This document shows positions 7,539 through 16,316 of a stretch of 64,000 bases of DNA, in pieces. The stretch spans positions 32,001 through 96,000 of the IMG/VR virus record IMGVR_UViG_3300037692_000137; one strand, written 5' to 3'. Under the pieces are notes generated by a model. The model made no database searches, was not told the DNA's origin, and was given only the letters and a program-made list of their open reading frames with translations. Both the position numbers and the translations under genes were made by a program. This DNA is from a virus. Its lineage: Duplodnaviria > Caudoviricetes. The first letter of the stretch is position 1. Every line of letters starts with the position of its first letter.

Positions 7539-8482
7539 TTGCTTTTAAGCTTTTTAAGTAAAAATTGTCCACATGCTGCTTTTATCTCTGATCCAGTAGA
7601 CACCTGATATTTTAATTTATTAACACTTTTTGAAAGTGTATCTACTATAATATTAAATTTCTCCGACTCTTTAAAAGCAGAGCCCCCACAAGAATTAAAA
7701 CGTAAAATACGCAATTCCTTATTATGATTAATTGGACTAGTCATAAAAGTAATAAGCCCTTTAATCTCTTCTAAGTAGTCATTACGTAGGTGTAAAAAAA
7801 CCTGGTGATATATTATGTCTACACCAGCTAATGCTGAAAGAGTACTTAAATCAGCCACAGCATTTATTATAGGTACGGTACCAGGTATCAAATTATTACG
7901 TGTTTTTTGAAAAGTAGAATGTAATGAATAGAATAACCTAAAAGGGCTTCTACCATCAACGTGTTCTGGATTAACATCATACACTTTTAAAGCTGAGTTC
8001 AAGTCTATAAATTTATTAAAATAAATATTTTTTACATTAGGGTATACAGTAGATAAGTCTACTCCATCCAAACCTTTTGCATAACCATTAGCAAAAATCC
8101 AGTTAAGTACGTTTATAGAAACCTGGTATACAATATCCCCATGAGGTAAAGCGTCGCCCATACCCATCCAGGAAAATTTTATATACTTATCTTTAAGTTC
8201 AGGTTTATGTGCTACTTCTGCCGTTATTGCATCTTTAACATTTTGCTCTATTTGTTTAGCAGTTAATTTTGTATAACCACATTTCTTTAATGTTAGGTAA
8301 CAAAAAGCACAATTCATAGCACACCCTGCTGATATAGAAACAAACACAGAGTACTTATTCCTAGCTGTTGCTGTTACACCAACTATGTTATTACAAGAAC
8401 TTACGGTTTTTATAGCGGTTTCTGAGCCGTCGTTATGTATGTACTTAGTCACTTGATTGTCCTTTGTTCTATAAACTTCCAT
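7535..8482 (-). CDS. RlmN/Cfr-like radical SAM protein
   Basis: VSISAGCAMNCAFC (CxxxCxxC), MGMGDA, SLHS, C-terminal IKAACGQ. Confidence 0.85.
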   Translation of the reverse strand: MEVYRTKDNQVTKYIHNDGSETAIKTVSSCNNIVGVTATARNKYSVFVSISAGCAMNCAFCYLTLKKCGYTKLTAKQIEQNVKDAITAEVAHKPELKDKYIKFSWMGMGDALPHGDIVYQVSINVLNWIFANGYAKGLDGVDLSTVYPNVKNIYFNKFIDLNSALKVYDVNPEHVDGRSPFRLFYSLHSTFQKTRNNLIPGTVPIINAVADLSTLSALAGVDIIYHQVFLHLRNDYLEEIKGLITFMTSPINHNKELRILRFNSCGGSAFKESEKFNIIVDTLSKSVNKLKYQVSTGSEIKAACGQFLLKKLKSN

Positions 8483-8609
8483 AAGTAAACACCCCCGCCC
8501 TAACTATGGTTATTAATAAAAAAACGGCAGAGAAAAGTGGCTAAACTATTTTTTGATTTCTGATTAATAGTCAGAATGAAGTAAGTATAGCCTACACTAC
8601 TGTCGTTTG

Positions 8610-8684
8610 CGCTGTGTACAGGATTCGAACCTGCGAGTTGCCGACTAGAAAGGCCGGTGTCTTAAACCACTTGACTAACACAGC
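8610..8684 (-). tRNA. tRNA-Glu(UUC), CCA not encoded, U37
   Basis: GCTGTGT/ACACAGC acceptor, G73, loop CT-TTC-TA, followed by CAA. Confidence 0.85.
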
Positions 8685-8697
8685 GTAAAGTATAAAC

Positions 8698-9084
8698 TTA
8701 AACTTTTAACTTTGTCTTAGTTAATCCATAGTTTGTCATAAAACTTATTACAAGCTCATTAATATTTATTGGTGTATTGTATGCTGAATCTAGCGCATAT
8801 AATGTTGCGTTGTATCTACCATAAATCTTAGGATCTTTTGACGTTTGTACATACAAAGAGTCTTTGTACTTGTCTAAAAGTTCTGTTAAATAACTAGAAA
8901 CCTTTTTACCAGCAGCTAATTCTGCCTCGTTGGATGGGCGCCAGGTTTCCGGTGCGTCAAAACCAGCTAAACGGTGCTTAGATGTGTGGTATGTATTATG
9001 CCCTAAGTCTATACATAATTCTACAGTATCACCATCTAAAACTCTTCTAACTTCTGCAACTTTTCTTATATAAGCGTCAATCAT
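8698..9084 (-). CDS. Thermonuclease (SNase-like) family protein
   Basis: RVLDGDTVEL..RLAGFDAPE..KIYGRY; true start MIDAYIR at 9084 behind AAGGTGA. Confidence 0.85.
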   Translation of the reverse strand: MIDAYIRKVAEVRRVLDGDTVELCIDLGHNTYHTSKHRLAGFDAPETWRPSNEAELAAGKKVSSYLTELLDKYKDSLYVQTSKDPKIYGRYNATLYALDSAYNTPININELVISFMTNYGLTKTKLKV

Positions 9085-9101
9085 AGTCACCTTCCAATAA
9101 A

Positions 9102-9189
9102 AAAGTTTGGCCACAGTAAAGAAAATAGGAGCAACTCTCTTAGAGTTACACGCTCGCCAGCAAACCAAGTGGCTGCTAAGCCAAACCCC
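9102..9189 (-). ncRNA. Candidate three-way-junction structured RNA with its own promoter
   Basis: Closing stem GGGGTTTGGC/GCCAAACTTT; internal AGCAGCCA..TGGTTTGCT and GAGC..AACTCT-AAG-AGAGTT-GCTC stems; TTGCTG-17nt-TATTAT just upstream. Confidence 0.45.
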
Positions 9190-9277
9190 ATACCTATAAT
9201 AATATAAAATAGCGCAAGCATCAGCAATACTGTAAGCATTTTAATCATATGTATATACCTCACACGATTATATTTAT

Positions 9278-9847
9278 TTATCCCTTTAAAATTAACTCTT
9301 TTGCATATTCAAAGTGTTTTAATACATCTTTGAATTTGGGGCTCTTTTCTCCACCTGTTCTTAACAGATATGACGGGTGATACGTGGGTACAGCATAAAT
9401 ACCTTTGGCATACTCGTACAAGCACCCCTGCATTGAACTTAAGGTTTGCTTTGCATCTAAATTTAGCATAGTGCCAGCAGCATCTTTACCAAGAAGCAAT
9501 ATTACTTTTGGCTTAAGTATGTTTACCTGCATTATTATATATGGTAAACAAGCATCTATCCAGTCCTTTTGTAGTGGCTGGCCAGCAGCCAAGTAGCACT
9601 TAACTAAATTAGTGATGTATACATCTTCATAAGTTAAAGATGTTCTAGCTAAAATTACATCAAGTAGTTTACCGGCTCTACCAACAAAAGGTATACCGAC
9701 TTTGTTCTCTTCGTCTGCTGGCACCATACCACATATAAGCAGTTTAGCAGTAGGATTTCCTTTATCAAAGACGGGAAGCAAGCGCCCTTCATGTAGTGAA
9801 CAAGCAGTACATTCCGCTGCCATATAGTATAAGGTAATTAAATCCAT
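9278..9847 (-). CDS. Family 4 uracil-DNA glycosylase
   Basis: CTAC.L, GIPFVGRAGKLL, YITNLVKC, PTYHPSY. Confidence 0.9.
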   Translation of the reverse strand: MDLITLYYMAAECTACSLHEGRLLPVFDKGNPTAKLLICGMVPADEENKVGIPFVGRAGKLLDVILARTSLTYEDVYITNLVKCYLAAGQPLQKDWIDACLPYIIMQVNILKPKVILLLGKDAAGTMLNLDAKQTLSSMQGCLYEYAKGIYAVPTYHPSYLLRTGGEKSPKFKDVLKHFEYAKELILKG

Positions 9848-9870
9848 TTAGTTACTTCCTTAATGTTTTA

Positions 9871-10284
9871 TTAAACACACTTTTTAGCTAAAATCAATTC
9901 CAGGCCAGGGTTTTTAATAGACTGTTCCACTAGTGCCCTAGTCTCATTAAAAATTTCTAAACTGATTATATCATTTATTTCAGTCTCTGTCAAGTCAATA
10001 TCTGACTTTTCTTTCTTAATGCAGCCCAATGTTTTACCTCTTCTGGTGATACAAGAATGAATACCCTTCTTAGTACTGTCAGAAAATTTACTTCTATTAA
10101 GTAGACGTAATGCTGCTGTGTAATGAGCGCAATCATTAACTGGAAAACTTGATCCAGGTCCGCAAAAAGTTGATTTCTTTAACTTTTTTCTTTCCTTGGT
10201 AGTTAATTTAGCTGCGTCTTCTTTACCAAGAGCGGCGCGTGCTCTTTTTAGTAGTTGATCTAATGCATCTAAAAACTCACTCAT
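9871..10284 (-). CDS. Hypothetical phage protein
   Basis: ORF track, 137 aa; LTTKERKKL..STF..P...FPVND.AH motif resembling a recurring phage DUF. Confidence 0.65.
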   Translation of the reverse strand: MSEFLDALDQLLKRARAALGKEDAAKLTTKERKKLKKSTFCGPGSSFPVNDCAHYTAALRLLNRSKFSDSTKKGIHSCITRRGKTLGCIKKEKSDIDLTETEINDIISLEIFNETRALVEQSIKNPGLELILAKKCV

Positions 10285-10295
10285 GACAGTTCTCC

Positions 10296-10922
10296 TTATC
10301 TGGATAAATAAACTAATTTATCATTTTGTATATACTCGTTAAATAGAGCAAAAAATTTATTTGCATATTCTATTGGAGTATATTTATCAAACCAGCACAA
10401 AATTGTGCCATCTTTAGCTAGTACTTTTTTAGCTGCCTGTACCATATCCTCTATAGCCGGCAATGTTTCTTCATCTATATGTGAGTAAAAGTCAATAAAT
10501 ATAAAATCATATTTCCTGCTTGTTTGATACATATAAACAAGACCGTCGCTGTTTATAATCCTATGTTTACTTTCATCGTAACGTAACCATCTATTATCCC
10601 TAGAACCATTATCTAGTAAAGCACTAACTTTTCTTTGTACATTTATTACGTCTGGGTTTTTTTCAATAGTAGTTAGAGACATAACCTCTGGTTTAGTTAA
10701 AATACATCTGGAGGCTATACCAAGCCCTAAACCTATTTCTAAGCAATTACCTTTTGGAAAGCCCCATAATTGCTCTATGTAATCGCTGACCTCACTTTCT
10801 AACGCCCAAAGATTGTGGCCAGTGCCTATTTCTAGGTATAGCTCATTATTCATATTGTAAACTCTTGCGGTGTTGTGCTCCGCTACGAGCTCGCCGTCGT
10901 TGAAATAAAGTAGTCCATCCAT
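10296..10922 (-). CDS. Class I SAM-dependent methyltransferase (spermidine-synthase-like fold)
   Basis: CLEIGLGLG, TTIEKNPDV, DG, YDFIFID. Confidence 0.8.
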   Translation of the reverse strand: MDGLLYFNDGELVAEHNTARVYNMNNELYLEIGTGHNLWALESEVSDYIEQLWGFPKGNCLEIGLGLGIASRCILTKPEVMSLTTIEKNPDVINVQRKVSALLDNGSRDNRWLRYDESKHRIINSDGLVYMYQTSRKYDFIFIDFYSHIDEETLPAIEDMVQAAKKVLAKDGTILCWFDKYTPIEYANKFFALFNEYIQNDKLVYLSR

Positions 10923-10988
10923 TTTGGCAGCTCCCGTATGTATGGTTATAGTACAAAAACATATTTTAGCCTATCTAGTGCTTAATTA

Positions 10989-11243
10989 TTATTTAGGTAT
11001 ATCGATGACCCTATCAAATTCAAACACTAAATTTATACTCACTGCTTCTGCTTTTGTATTATCAAAAGCTACTGGGGCACCGCCCTCATCTGTTGATATA
11101 ATGGGCTTTTTATAACGTATACCCACATTACCATTTTTAGCCACAGGTAGATAAATATCTAATAATGCGGCTATTTCAGCCCTAACATAATTGGGCCAAT
11201 CAGTAGTTGTTTCTTTTTCTAGGAGTGCTTCATTAGTTTCCAT
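10989..11243 (-). CDS. Hypothetical protein
   Basis: ORF track, 84 aa. Confidence 0.6.
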   Translation of the reverse strand: METNEALLEKETTTDWPNYVRAEIAALLDIYLPVAKNGNVGIRYKKPIISTDEGGAPVAFDNTKAEAVSINLVFEFDRVIDIPK

Positions 11244-11247
11244 AAAC

Positions 11248-11730
11248 TTAATTCTCCACTAATTGTTTCTTATCTTTAGCCGCATCTTTTTCTTGATCAT
11301 ATACAGCACTTACTAAAGAAACAAGATTACGGCCCCATTCAGGATCATCCGCATTTAGTTCAAGCTCCATATAGAAGTCACTAATCTCATGATCAACTAT
11401 TTTAGGAGTTCCTTTCTCGTCGATAAACACGTGACGCATTTCATGTGACATTAATCTCTTTTTATCTGCCGCGGATGACAGTTCCCAGGCTTTATGATCA
11501 ACAATTATGATGTAATCGTAACCCTCCAACGCCTTATCGTCCTGTGTGAAGAATCTAATTTTAGGGGATGCAAGTTCGATGCTAGCCAAACAAACCTTAC
11601 CTTTACTGATACGTTTTTTTGTATCATATATTAGCCTAAAGTTCAAATTAGCTAAATTAGGAAAACGTTCTTCAACAACATTAAGAAAAACCTCAACCAA
11701 GCTTTCGTCACAATCAATATACCTACTCAT
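11248..11730 (-). CDS. Putative phage metallopeptidase
   Basis: YDYIIIVD..W...KKRLMSHEMRH..IVDHEISDF (HExxH). Confidence 0.75.
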   Translation of the reverse strand: MSRYIDCDESLVEVFLNVVEERFPNLANLNFRLIYDTKKRISKGKVCLASIELASPKIRFFTQDDKALEGYDYIIIVDHKAWELSSAADKKRLMSHEMRHVFIDEKGTPKIVDHEISDFYMELELNADDPEWGRNLVSLVSAVYDQEKDAAKDKKQLVEN

Positions 11731-11795
11731 ATTTTTTCCTTTAGTCCTTTAATAAAATGTTAAAAATCCTGAATCTACCTTGCTATAATACATAA

Positions 11796-11912
11796 TTACT
11801 TTCTACCATACTTTTTATCGTAGTACTCTTTTAAAGCAGCTATGTCTTTATTAGTTGGTTTATTGTTACCCCTTACCACGCTTTGTTCTTTCGCTGTACT
11901 AACTTCTTGCAT
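11796..11912 (-). CDS. Very small hypothetical protein (38 aa)
   Basis: Manual: AAGGAG SD, MQEVSTAKEQ...; first ORF after the promoter at 11961. Confidence 0.4.
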   Translation of the reverse strand: MQEVSTAKEQSVVRGNNKPTNKDIAALKEYYDKKYGRK

Positions 11913-11960
11913 TTTACTTTTTCTCCTTATAGATGATTAACTCATATATAATCTATAATC

Positions 11961-11989
11961 AGTATAACCCTTAGTAGTTTATTAGTCAA
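11961..11989 (-). promoter_or_regulatory. sigma70-type promoter
   Basis: TTGACT-17nt-TATACT. Confidence 0.7.
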
Positions 11990-11992
11990 CAG

Positions 11993-12253
11993 TTAATTTA
12001 TTTTATCTTGTAATTTTTTGCCACAGATTGGACAGTAGTGTATATTTATGCCGTAGGTATAAACTCGTGTATGACTAATCTCATTAGTCATTTCTTTCCA
12101 AGAAAGGACCCAACCGTATGGTTCTATCCATTGAAAAACTGAAGGATTTTTTTCAGCAATGCTTCTGCCATCCTCACAACTACAAAAAATCATAGAACAC
12201 CTTGAGTGTGTTTGGTTTGAAAAAGAATATTGCGGGGCTTTTAATGGCCCCAC
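11993..12253 (-). CDS. Hypothetical Zn-ribbon protein
   Basis: FCSC...YCPICG; true start probably MIFCSC, since the track start lies inside the terminator hairpin. Confidence 0.55.
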   Translation of the reverse strand: MGPLKAPQYSFSNQTHSRCSMIFCSCEDGRSIAEKNPSVFQWIEPYGWVLSWKEMTNEISHTRVYTYGINIHYCPICGKKLQDKIN

Positions 12254-12254
12254 A
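12231..12254 (-). terminator. Intrinsic terminator-like hairpin
   Basis: TGTGGGGC-CATTAAAA-GCCCCGCA followed by ATATTCTTTTT. Confidence 0.6.
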
Positions 12255-12272
12255 AATTAGCCACTTGTTACA

Positions 12273-12782
12273 TTACGCTCGAGTACCAGGGGCTACGTAA
12301 CCGGCTGGCCCAGCAGTACGTGAACCAAAGTAATGCCAACCTTCTGACGGATAAATACGCGGAGCAGCAAAATCAGAAGCGTCCGCTTCGTTAGTATCCA
12401 TAACGTCCATTGAAGGGATATTAGCGCCGATGCCACGTCTACTACCAAGACCCATTACAGTAAACTCATCATTACGTACACGTTTTACAGTGGAACCCCA
12501 AACAAAAGGATTAAGGTTATACTCACCGTCCTGAGCAAAAGAAGGAACAACCGGGTTCATAAGCTCATCTTTTGCTTGATACGTAAGTGCAGTCTTGGTA
12601 TAATCGTCTGCGTTCCTAAGACCGTAGTTTAAAGCACCAAAATTAGACATCTTAATATTAAACTGTCTGTACATCTGAGATCCAGCGCCGCCTGGTGTTA
12701 CAGCGTCAGATTCTTCAGGGCCTGTAGCTGCTACTTGAAAAAAGTCAAAATTAAATGTATCTGCCATGATAATATCCTCCAA
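12273..12782 (-). CDS. Hypothetical protein, possibly a virion protein
   Basis: Gly/Ala/Pro-rich; GGAGG SD before MADTFNF; own terminator. Confidence 0.65.
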   Translation of the reverse strand: MEDIIMADTFNFDFFQVAATGPEESDAVTPGGAGSQMYRQFNIKMSNFGALNYGLRNADDYTKTALTYQAKDELMNPVVPSFAQDGEYNLNPFVWGSTVKRVRNDEFTVMGLGSRRGIGANIPSMDVMDTNEADASDFAAPRIYPSEGWHYFGSRTAGPAGYVAPGTRA

Positions 12783-12877
12783 AAGTATTGTTGATTTCCT
12801 TTCTATATATAAGAAAGGTTAGATTATTTAACTCTTACTTACTATATAGGACAAGAAATCAATTCTATACTATTAAA

Positions 12878-13753
12878 TTATTTTTTATTTTCCATAAAGT
12901 CATAAACTCTAATAGAAACGGTACTATTATCAAACAGATATTGTGCCATATCGTCATACTGCTGTAAACTTGAAACTATAACCTCTTGAATACCAGAGTT
13001 TATAATTTTAATAGCGCACTTACTACAAGGGGTACCACACGTAAGGTAAAGAGAGGCGTCTTTTGTGGCTATACCCATACGGGCGCAATTAACTATGGCA
13101 GATTCTTCTGCGTGGCTAGCGGGACAAAGCTCCATACCCTCACCAGATCTATACCCAAGCACTTTTCTGGGGCATTTACCTACCAAGTATTTAAAATTAC
13201 GCTCGGGGCGGGTATTCAATGACTTGTCTAATAGCCATCTATGGTCGCAAGTAGGCACCCCTCTTGGGGGACTGTTGTAACCAGTGCCTAAAATACTATT
13301 ATCTCTTACTAATACAGCGCCAATTCTTCTAGAAAAGCATTTAGAGTTTCTAGCCGCTTGGGCAGCAACACCGTAAAAATACTCATCCCAGCTTTTAACA
13401 GGGTCTTCAATAGATAGTGAGTAATTACAAGTAGACTCTGTAGGCTCTTTCTTAAATTCACCACAGTGGGTTAACCATTTATGAACTAGGGCTACCACAC
13501 CTGAGTCATCTATACATTTACGCGCAACAGAGGAATCTAACATGTCTAAAAAAGCGTTATAAGAGTAACCAAGGGTGTACGAAACACTTATAACGTTGTA
13601 TATTTGTACAACTTCAGAGGCAACGACAGTGTCGGAATTTGCATGTAGTTCAATATTTTCATAAGCCTCTTGCGCTTTTTTAAGATTATTACCGAAATTA
13701 ATTTTAGCTGCTTTTCTAAAATCAGCGTCATTTAAATTAGACATATTATTCAT
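12878..13753 (-). CDS. dCMP deaminase-like cytidine deaminase with N-terminal extension
   Basis: WDEYF..VA...NSKC..RRIGAVLV, HAEESA, PCSKC. Confidence 0.88.
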   Translation of the reverse strand: MNNMSNLNDADFRKAAKINFGNNLKKAQEAYENIELHANSDTVVASEVVQIYNVISVSYTLGYSYNAFLDMLDSSVARKCIDDSGVVALVHKWLTHCGEFKKEPTESTCNYSLSIEDPVKSWDEYFYGVAAQAARNSKCFSRRIGAVLVRDNSILGTGYNSPPRGVPTCDHRWLLDKSLNTRPERNFKYLVGKCPRKVLGYRSGEGMELCPASHAEESAIVNCARMGIATKDASLYLTCGTPCSKCAIKIINSGIQEVIVSSLQQYDDMAQYLFDNSTVSIRVYDFMENKK

Positions 13754-14003
13754 CCTCTTTTAAATTGGCCAACATATCCTCGACACCGAAGAATGGGTTA
13801 CTCTTCTTTAATTCCTCTCTTTTATTCATGTAAAGAGCAAGAATATCTTCAAGATACAATAAAACGGTTTCTTCTAAATCTGGGTTTATTTCCATATCTA
13901 TTAAATGTCTATTTATATCTACCTCGTATACCTTGCCGCCGAGCCTTTCAATAAAGTCTACTATCTCAGCAAGCATTTCTTTTTCAGAATATAATTTACG
14001 CAT
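13746..14003 (-). CDS. Hypothetical protein
   Basis: ORF track, 85 aa; GGAGG SD. Confidence 0.6.
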   Translation of the reverse strand: MRKLYSEKEMLAEIVDFIERLGGKVYEVDINRHLIDMEINPDLEETVLLYLEDILALYMNKREELKKSNPFFGVEDMLANLKEDE

Positions 14004-14012
14004 TTACCCTCC

Positions 14013-14777
14013 TTACTTTAAGTGTGCCTTTACTACTTCCATAACAATGGCTTCAGCTTTAGTATAATCAGGTTTAAGAGGAAGTTTGTTATGTTTAAAA
14101 CTTTCTTCTGTTTTTTTAAATAACCTTTCCGCCTCATTTTTAACCTGTGTCAATGACCATTGGCCAAGCTTTATTTCAAGAAGCTCTTTGGCGTCCTCTC
14201 TATAAACGTTTAGTTCACCAGAGTTAAGATACTCATCGCCCATTCTTAGTAAGCGAATACAGTGAGCAGCATTTTTAGGGTCATAACCATACTTTTTTAC
14301 CAGCTCTTTTCTTTTGGCACCCATATAACCTGATTTAGTATCGCTTTCCATGTGCTTAAGCTGACCAAAAGCATAGCCATTAAAAGCTTGGAAGGCCAGC
14401 TGAGAAATAAAAATATCTCTGTTGTCTATTAATAGCTGACCGGCCTCTGTTTTACTTAAATAGTGCTCATCCTTTAACCAGAGCATCCCCAAAACGTTAG
14501 GATTGGATTTTAATAACAGCCTAACAAATTTTCTAAATTCGTAGGATACTACGTCATACTTACCTATAAAATGTTCTATGGCCCGTTCATGTTTACGTTC
14601 TAACCCTAAACCTATATAGTACTCTTTGGGGGCCAGATAGACTCCCATCAAGTCTATATCATCTATAGAGTTTGGATCTGTATTAGGTACATACATATTA
14701 TGGGCTATTGACCCTCTGTATGCTATTAATACAGCGTTGGCAGGAAACAACTCTTTATGTAATTCTGGTGTTAACAT
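14013..14777 (-). CDS. Pol-beta superfamily nucleotidyltransferase (RlaP-like)
   Basis: YRGSIAH...DDIDLMGV, NPNVL..LW, YDPKNAAHCIRLL. Confidence 0.85.
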   Translation of the reverse strand: MLTPELHKELFPANAVLIAYRGSIAHNMYVPNTDPNSIDDIDLMGVYLAPKEYYIGLGLERKHERAIEHFIGKYDVVSYEFRKFVRLLLKSNPNVLGMLWLKDEHYLSKTEAGQLLIDNRDIFISQLAFQAFNGYAFGQLKHMESDTKSGYMGAKRKELVKKYGYDPKNAAHCIRLLRMGDEYLNSGELNVYREDAKELLEIKLGQWSLTQVKNEAERLFKKTEESFKHNKLPLKPDYTKAEAIVMEVVKAHLK

Positions 14778-14834
14778 TGCTGTATGATCCTTATTATTAG
14801 ATAGATAAATGTTATTAATTAACGTTTATTTTAT

Positions 14835-15227
14835 TCACCAACTTACTTCAAAATAAGTAGAATAAAGCTCCATACCGTCAAAACAAGCAGACCCTGATCT
14901 ACAAATACTCTTTGTATCTACTATTTTTACCTTGTACCCAGCAGCTTTCAATTTATTAGTGAAGGGTATAAAAGCCCCATCATTTAAGTAACCAGACAAT
15001 TTCCAGTTCTCCATAGGTTGTATCTTTACACTATTTTCACCTTCACTTGCTGCCTTAGATATAATAGAAGCTGCAGTTTCATTTAATATTTTAAGTGCTT
15101 CGGCTACAACTTCCGATTGTCTTTTATTTTTTGCTATTTGTTCTTGTTCTGCTTTAATACGGTGGCGGCGGGCGTTTGCTTTGAGTCTGGACTCAGTAAT
15201 TTTTTTAGCTTCTTGCGCACTTATCAT
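14835..15227 (-). CDS. Hypothetical protein
   Basis: ORF track, 130 aa; GGAGG SD. Confidence 0.6.
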   Translation of the reverse strand: MISAQEAKKITESRLKANARRHRIKAEQEQIAKNKRQSEVVAEALKILNETAASIISKAASEGENSVKIQPMENWKLSGYLNDGAFIPFTNKLKAAGYKVKIVDTKSICRSGSACFDGMELYSTYFEVSW

Positions 15228-15231
15228 GTCA

Positions 15232-15465
15232 TTATCCTCCTAAGATTACCATGTCTGCTATGTAATTGTGACGAAAATCAAAAATCAGTGTATGATGTCT
15301 TATCTTAAAATGTATTATCCGGCCACCCCAGAATCTTTGCACGTTTACCCACTGCTTCCAACAACCCTTCCCGGCATTCGGATAAGACTTCCTGAAATTC
15401 ACGTAACGAACAGGAGGAATTAGTCGCCAGAAACTGACAAAATGTGCAACGATTGCTTTATTCAT
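15232..15465 (-). CDS. Hypothetical protein
   Basis: ORF track, 77 aa; overlaps upstream stop. Confidence 0.5.
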   Translation of the reverse strand: MNKAIVAHFVSFWRLIPPVRYVNFRKSYPNAGKGCWKQWVNVQRFWGGRIIHFKIRHHTLIFDFRHNYIADMVILGG

Positions 15466-15731
15466 ACACGGTCCTCTGATAAAAACACTAAATACTTATT
15501 TAAATGATCTCGTAGCTTGGTTACCTGATCAACCCACTCAGCCATAGACATTTCATAGGTCCTATGCAATCTCGCTCTCTCATGACAACTTGATACTTCA
15601 ACAAAATAAAGATCTTCTTCTGAATCTTGCTTTGAACTCCATTTAATTTTTCCAGCGAATGAAACCACAGTACTAGTAGAGGGCTCATTTTCTGGAGTAA
15701 GAAACTCCTTTTTACACCAAATGTCTTTCAT
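15462..15731 (-). CDS. Hypothetical protein
   Basis: ORF track, 89 aa; AGGAG SD. Confidence 0.6.
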   Translation of the reverse strand: MKDIWCKKEFLTPENEPSTSTVVSFAGKIKWSSKQDSEEDLYFVEVSSCHERARLHRTYEMSMAEWVDQVTKLRDHLNKYLVFLSEDRV

Positions 15732-16057
15732 TGACTATCTCCTATAAAATTCCGCGGCGGGTCTAGTGCTCGCTTGCACAGACGTGTGTGCTTAAATATT
15801 AAATACGCCAAAAATGATGGCTAGTAAAACGGCATGGAATTATCCCATGACTAACGTGTAAAATAGCCAACAACAGTTGTCTACCAGCTTCTCTAAGAGC
15901 ACGGCCAGACACCATTATGTTCATATACATATGTTTTAAATACTCTGTCACTTGCTATAACCTCATCATCGTCAAAATACCTGGTCACGCCAAGAATCCT
16001 GCCATACAGCTTACATTGATTATCCCCACGCGTGTTTTTATTAAAGCTTTATATTGC

Positions 16058-16225
16058 TTATTCATCACTAAATGGGGAACCACCGCCAAAGTAGATTGCA
16101 GCAGTGCCTTGTATCCGGCCCAGGTGACTTATGTTATCCCATGTCTCATTGTCATCGGCACATACAACAACTTCGTCATCGTCAAAGAGTCTATCTAACT
16201 CTTCTTTCAACTCTTTTTTGGTCAC
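16058..16225 (-). CDS. Small hypothetical protein (55 aa, GTG start)
   Basis: Manual: GGAGAG SD, MTKKELKEELDRLFDDDEVV... Confidence 0.45.
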   Translation of the reverse strand: MTKKELKEELDRLFDDDEVVVCADDNETWDNISHLGRIQGTAAIYFGGGSPFSDE

Positions 16226-16316
16226 TTTATTTGTCTCTCCAAAAATTTAGTTATTAAATTTTATTTAGCAAATTACCAAGAACATACGGAGCCTTTTATT
16301 AAAAACAACATAAACT

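Noticed and set aside
8610-8684. Reading the tRNA as a CUA amber suppressor
   Set aside because: CTA occurs in the loop, but centring it breaks the anticodon stem; the CCGGC/GTCGG stem centres UUC.
9085-9168. N-terminal extension of the thermonuclease given by the track
   Set aside because: It overlaps the structured RNA candidate; a good SD precedes MIDAY at 9084.
15740-16057. Possible ncRNA or degraded gene between 15731 and 16058
   Set aside because: It can be explained by several overlapping very short ORFs; no convincing fold or motif was found.
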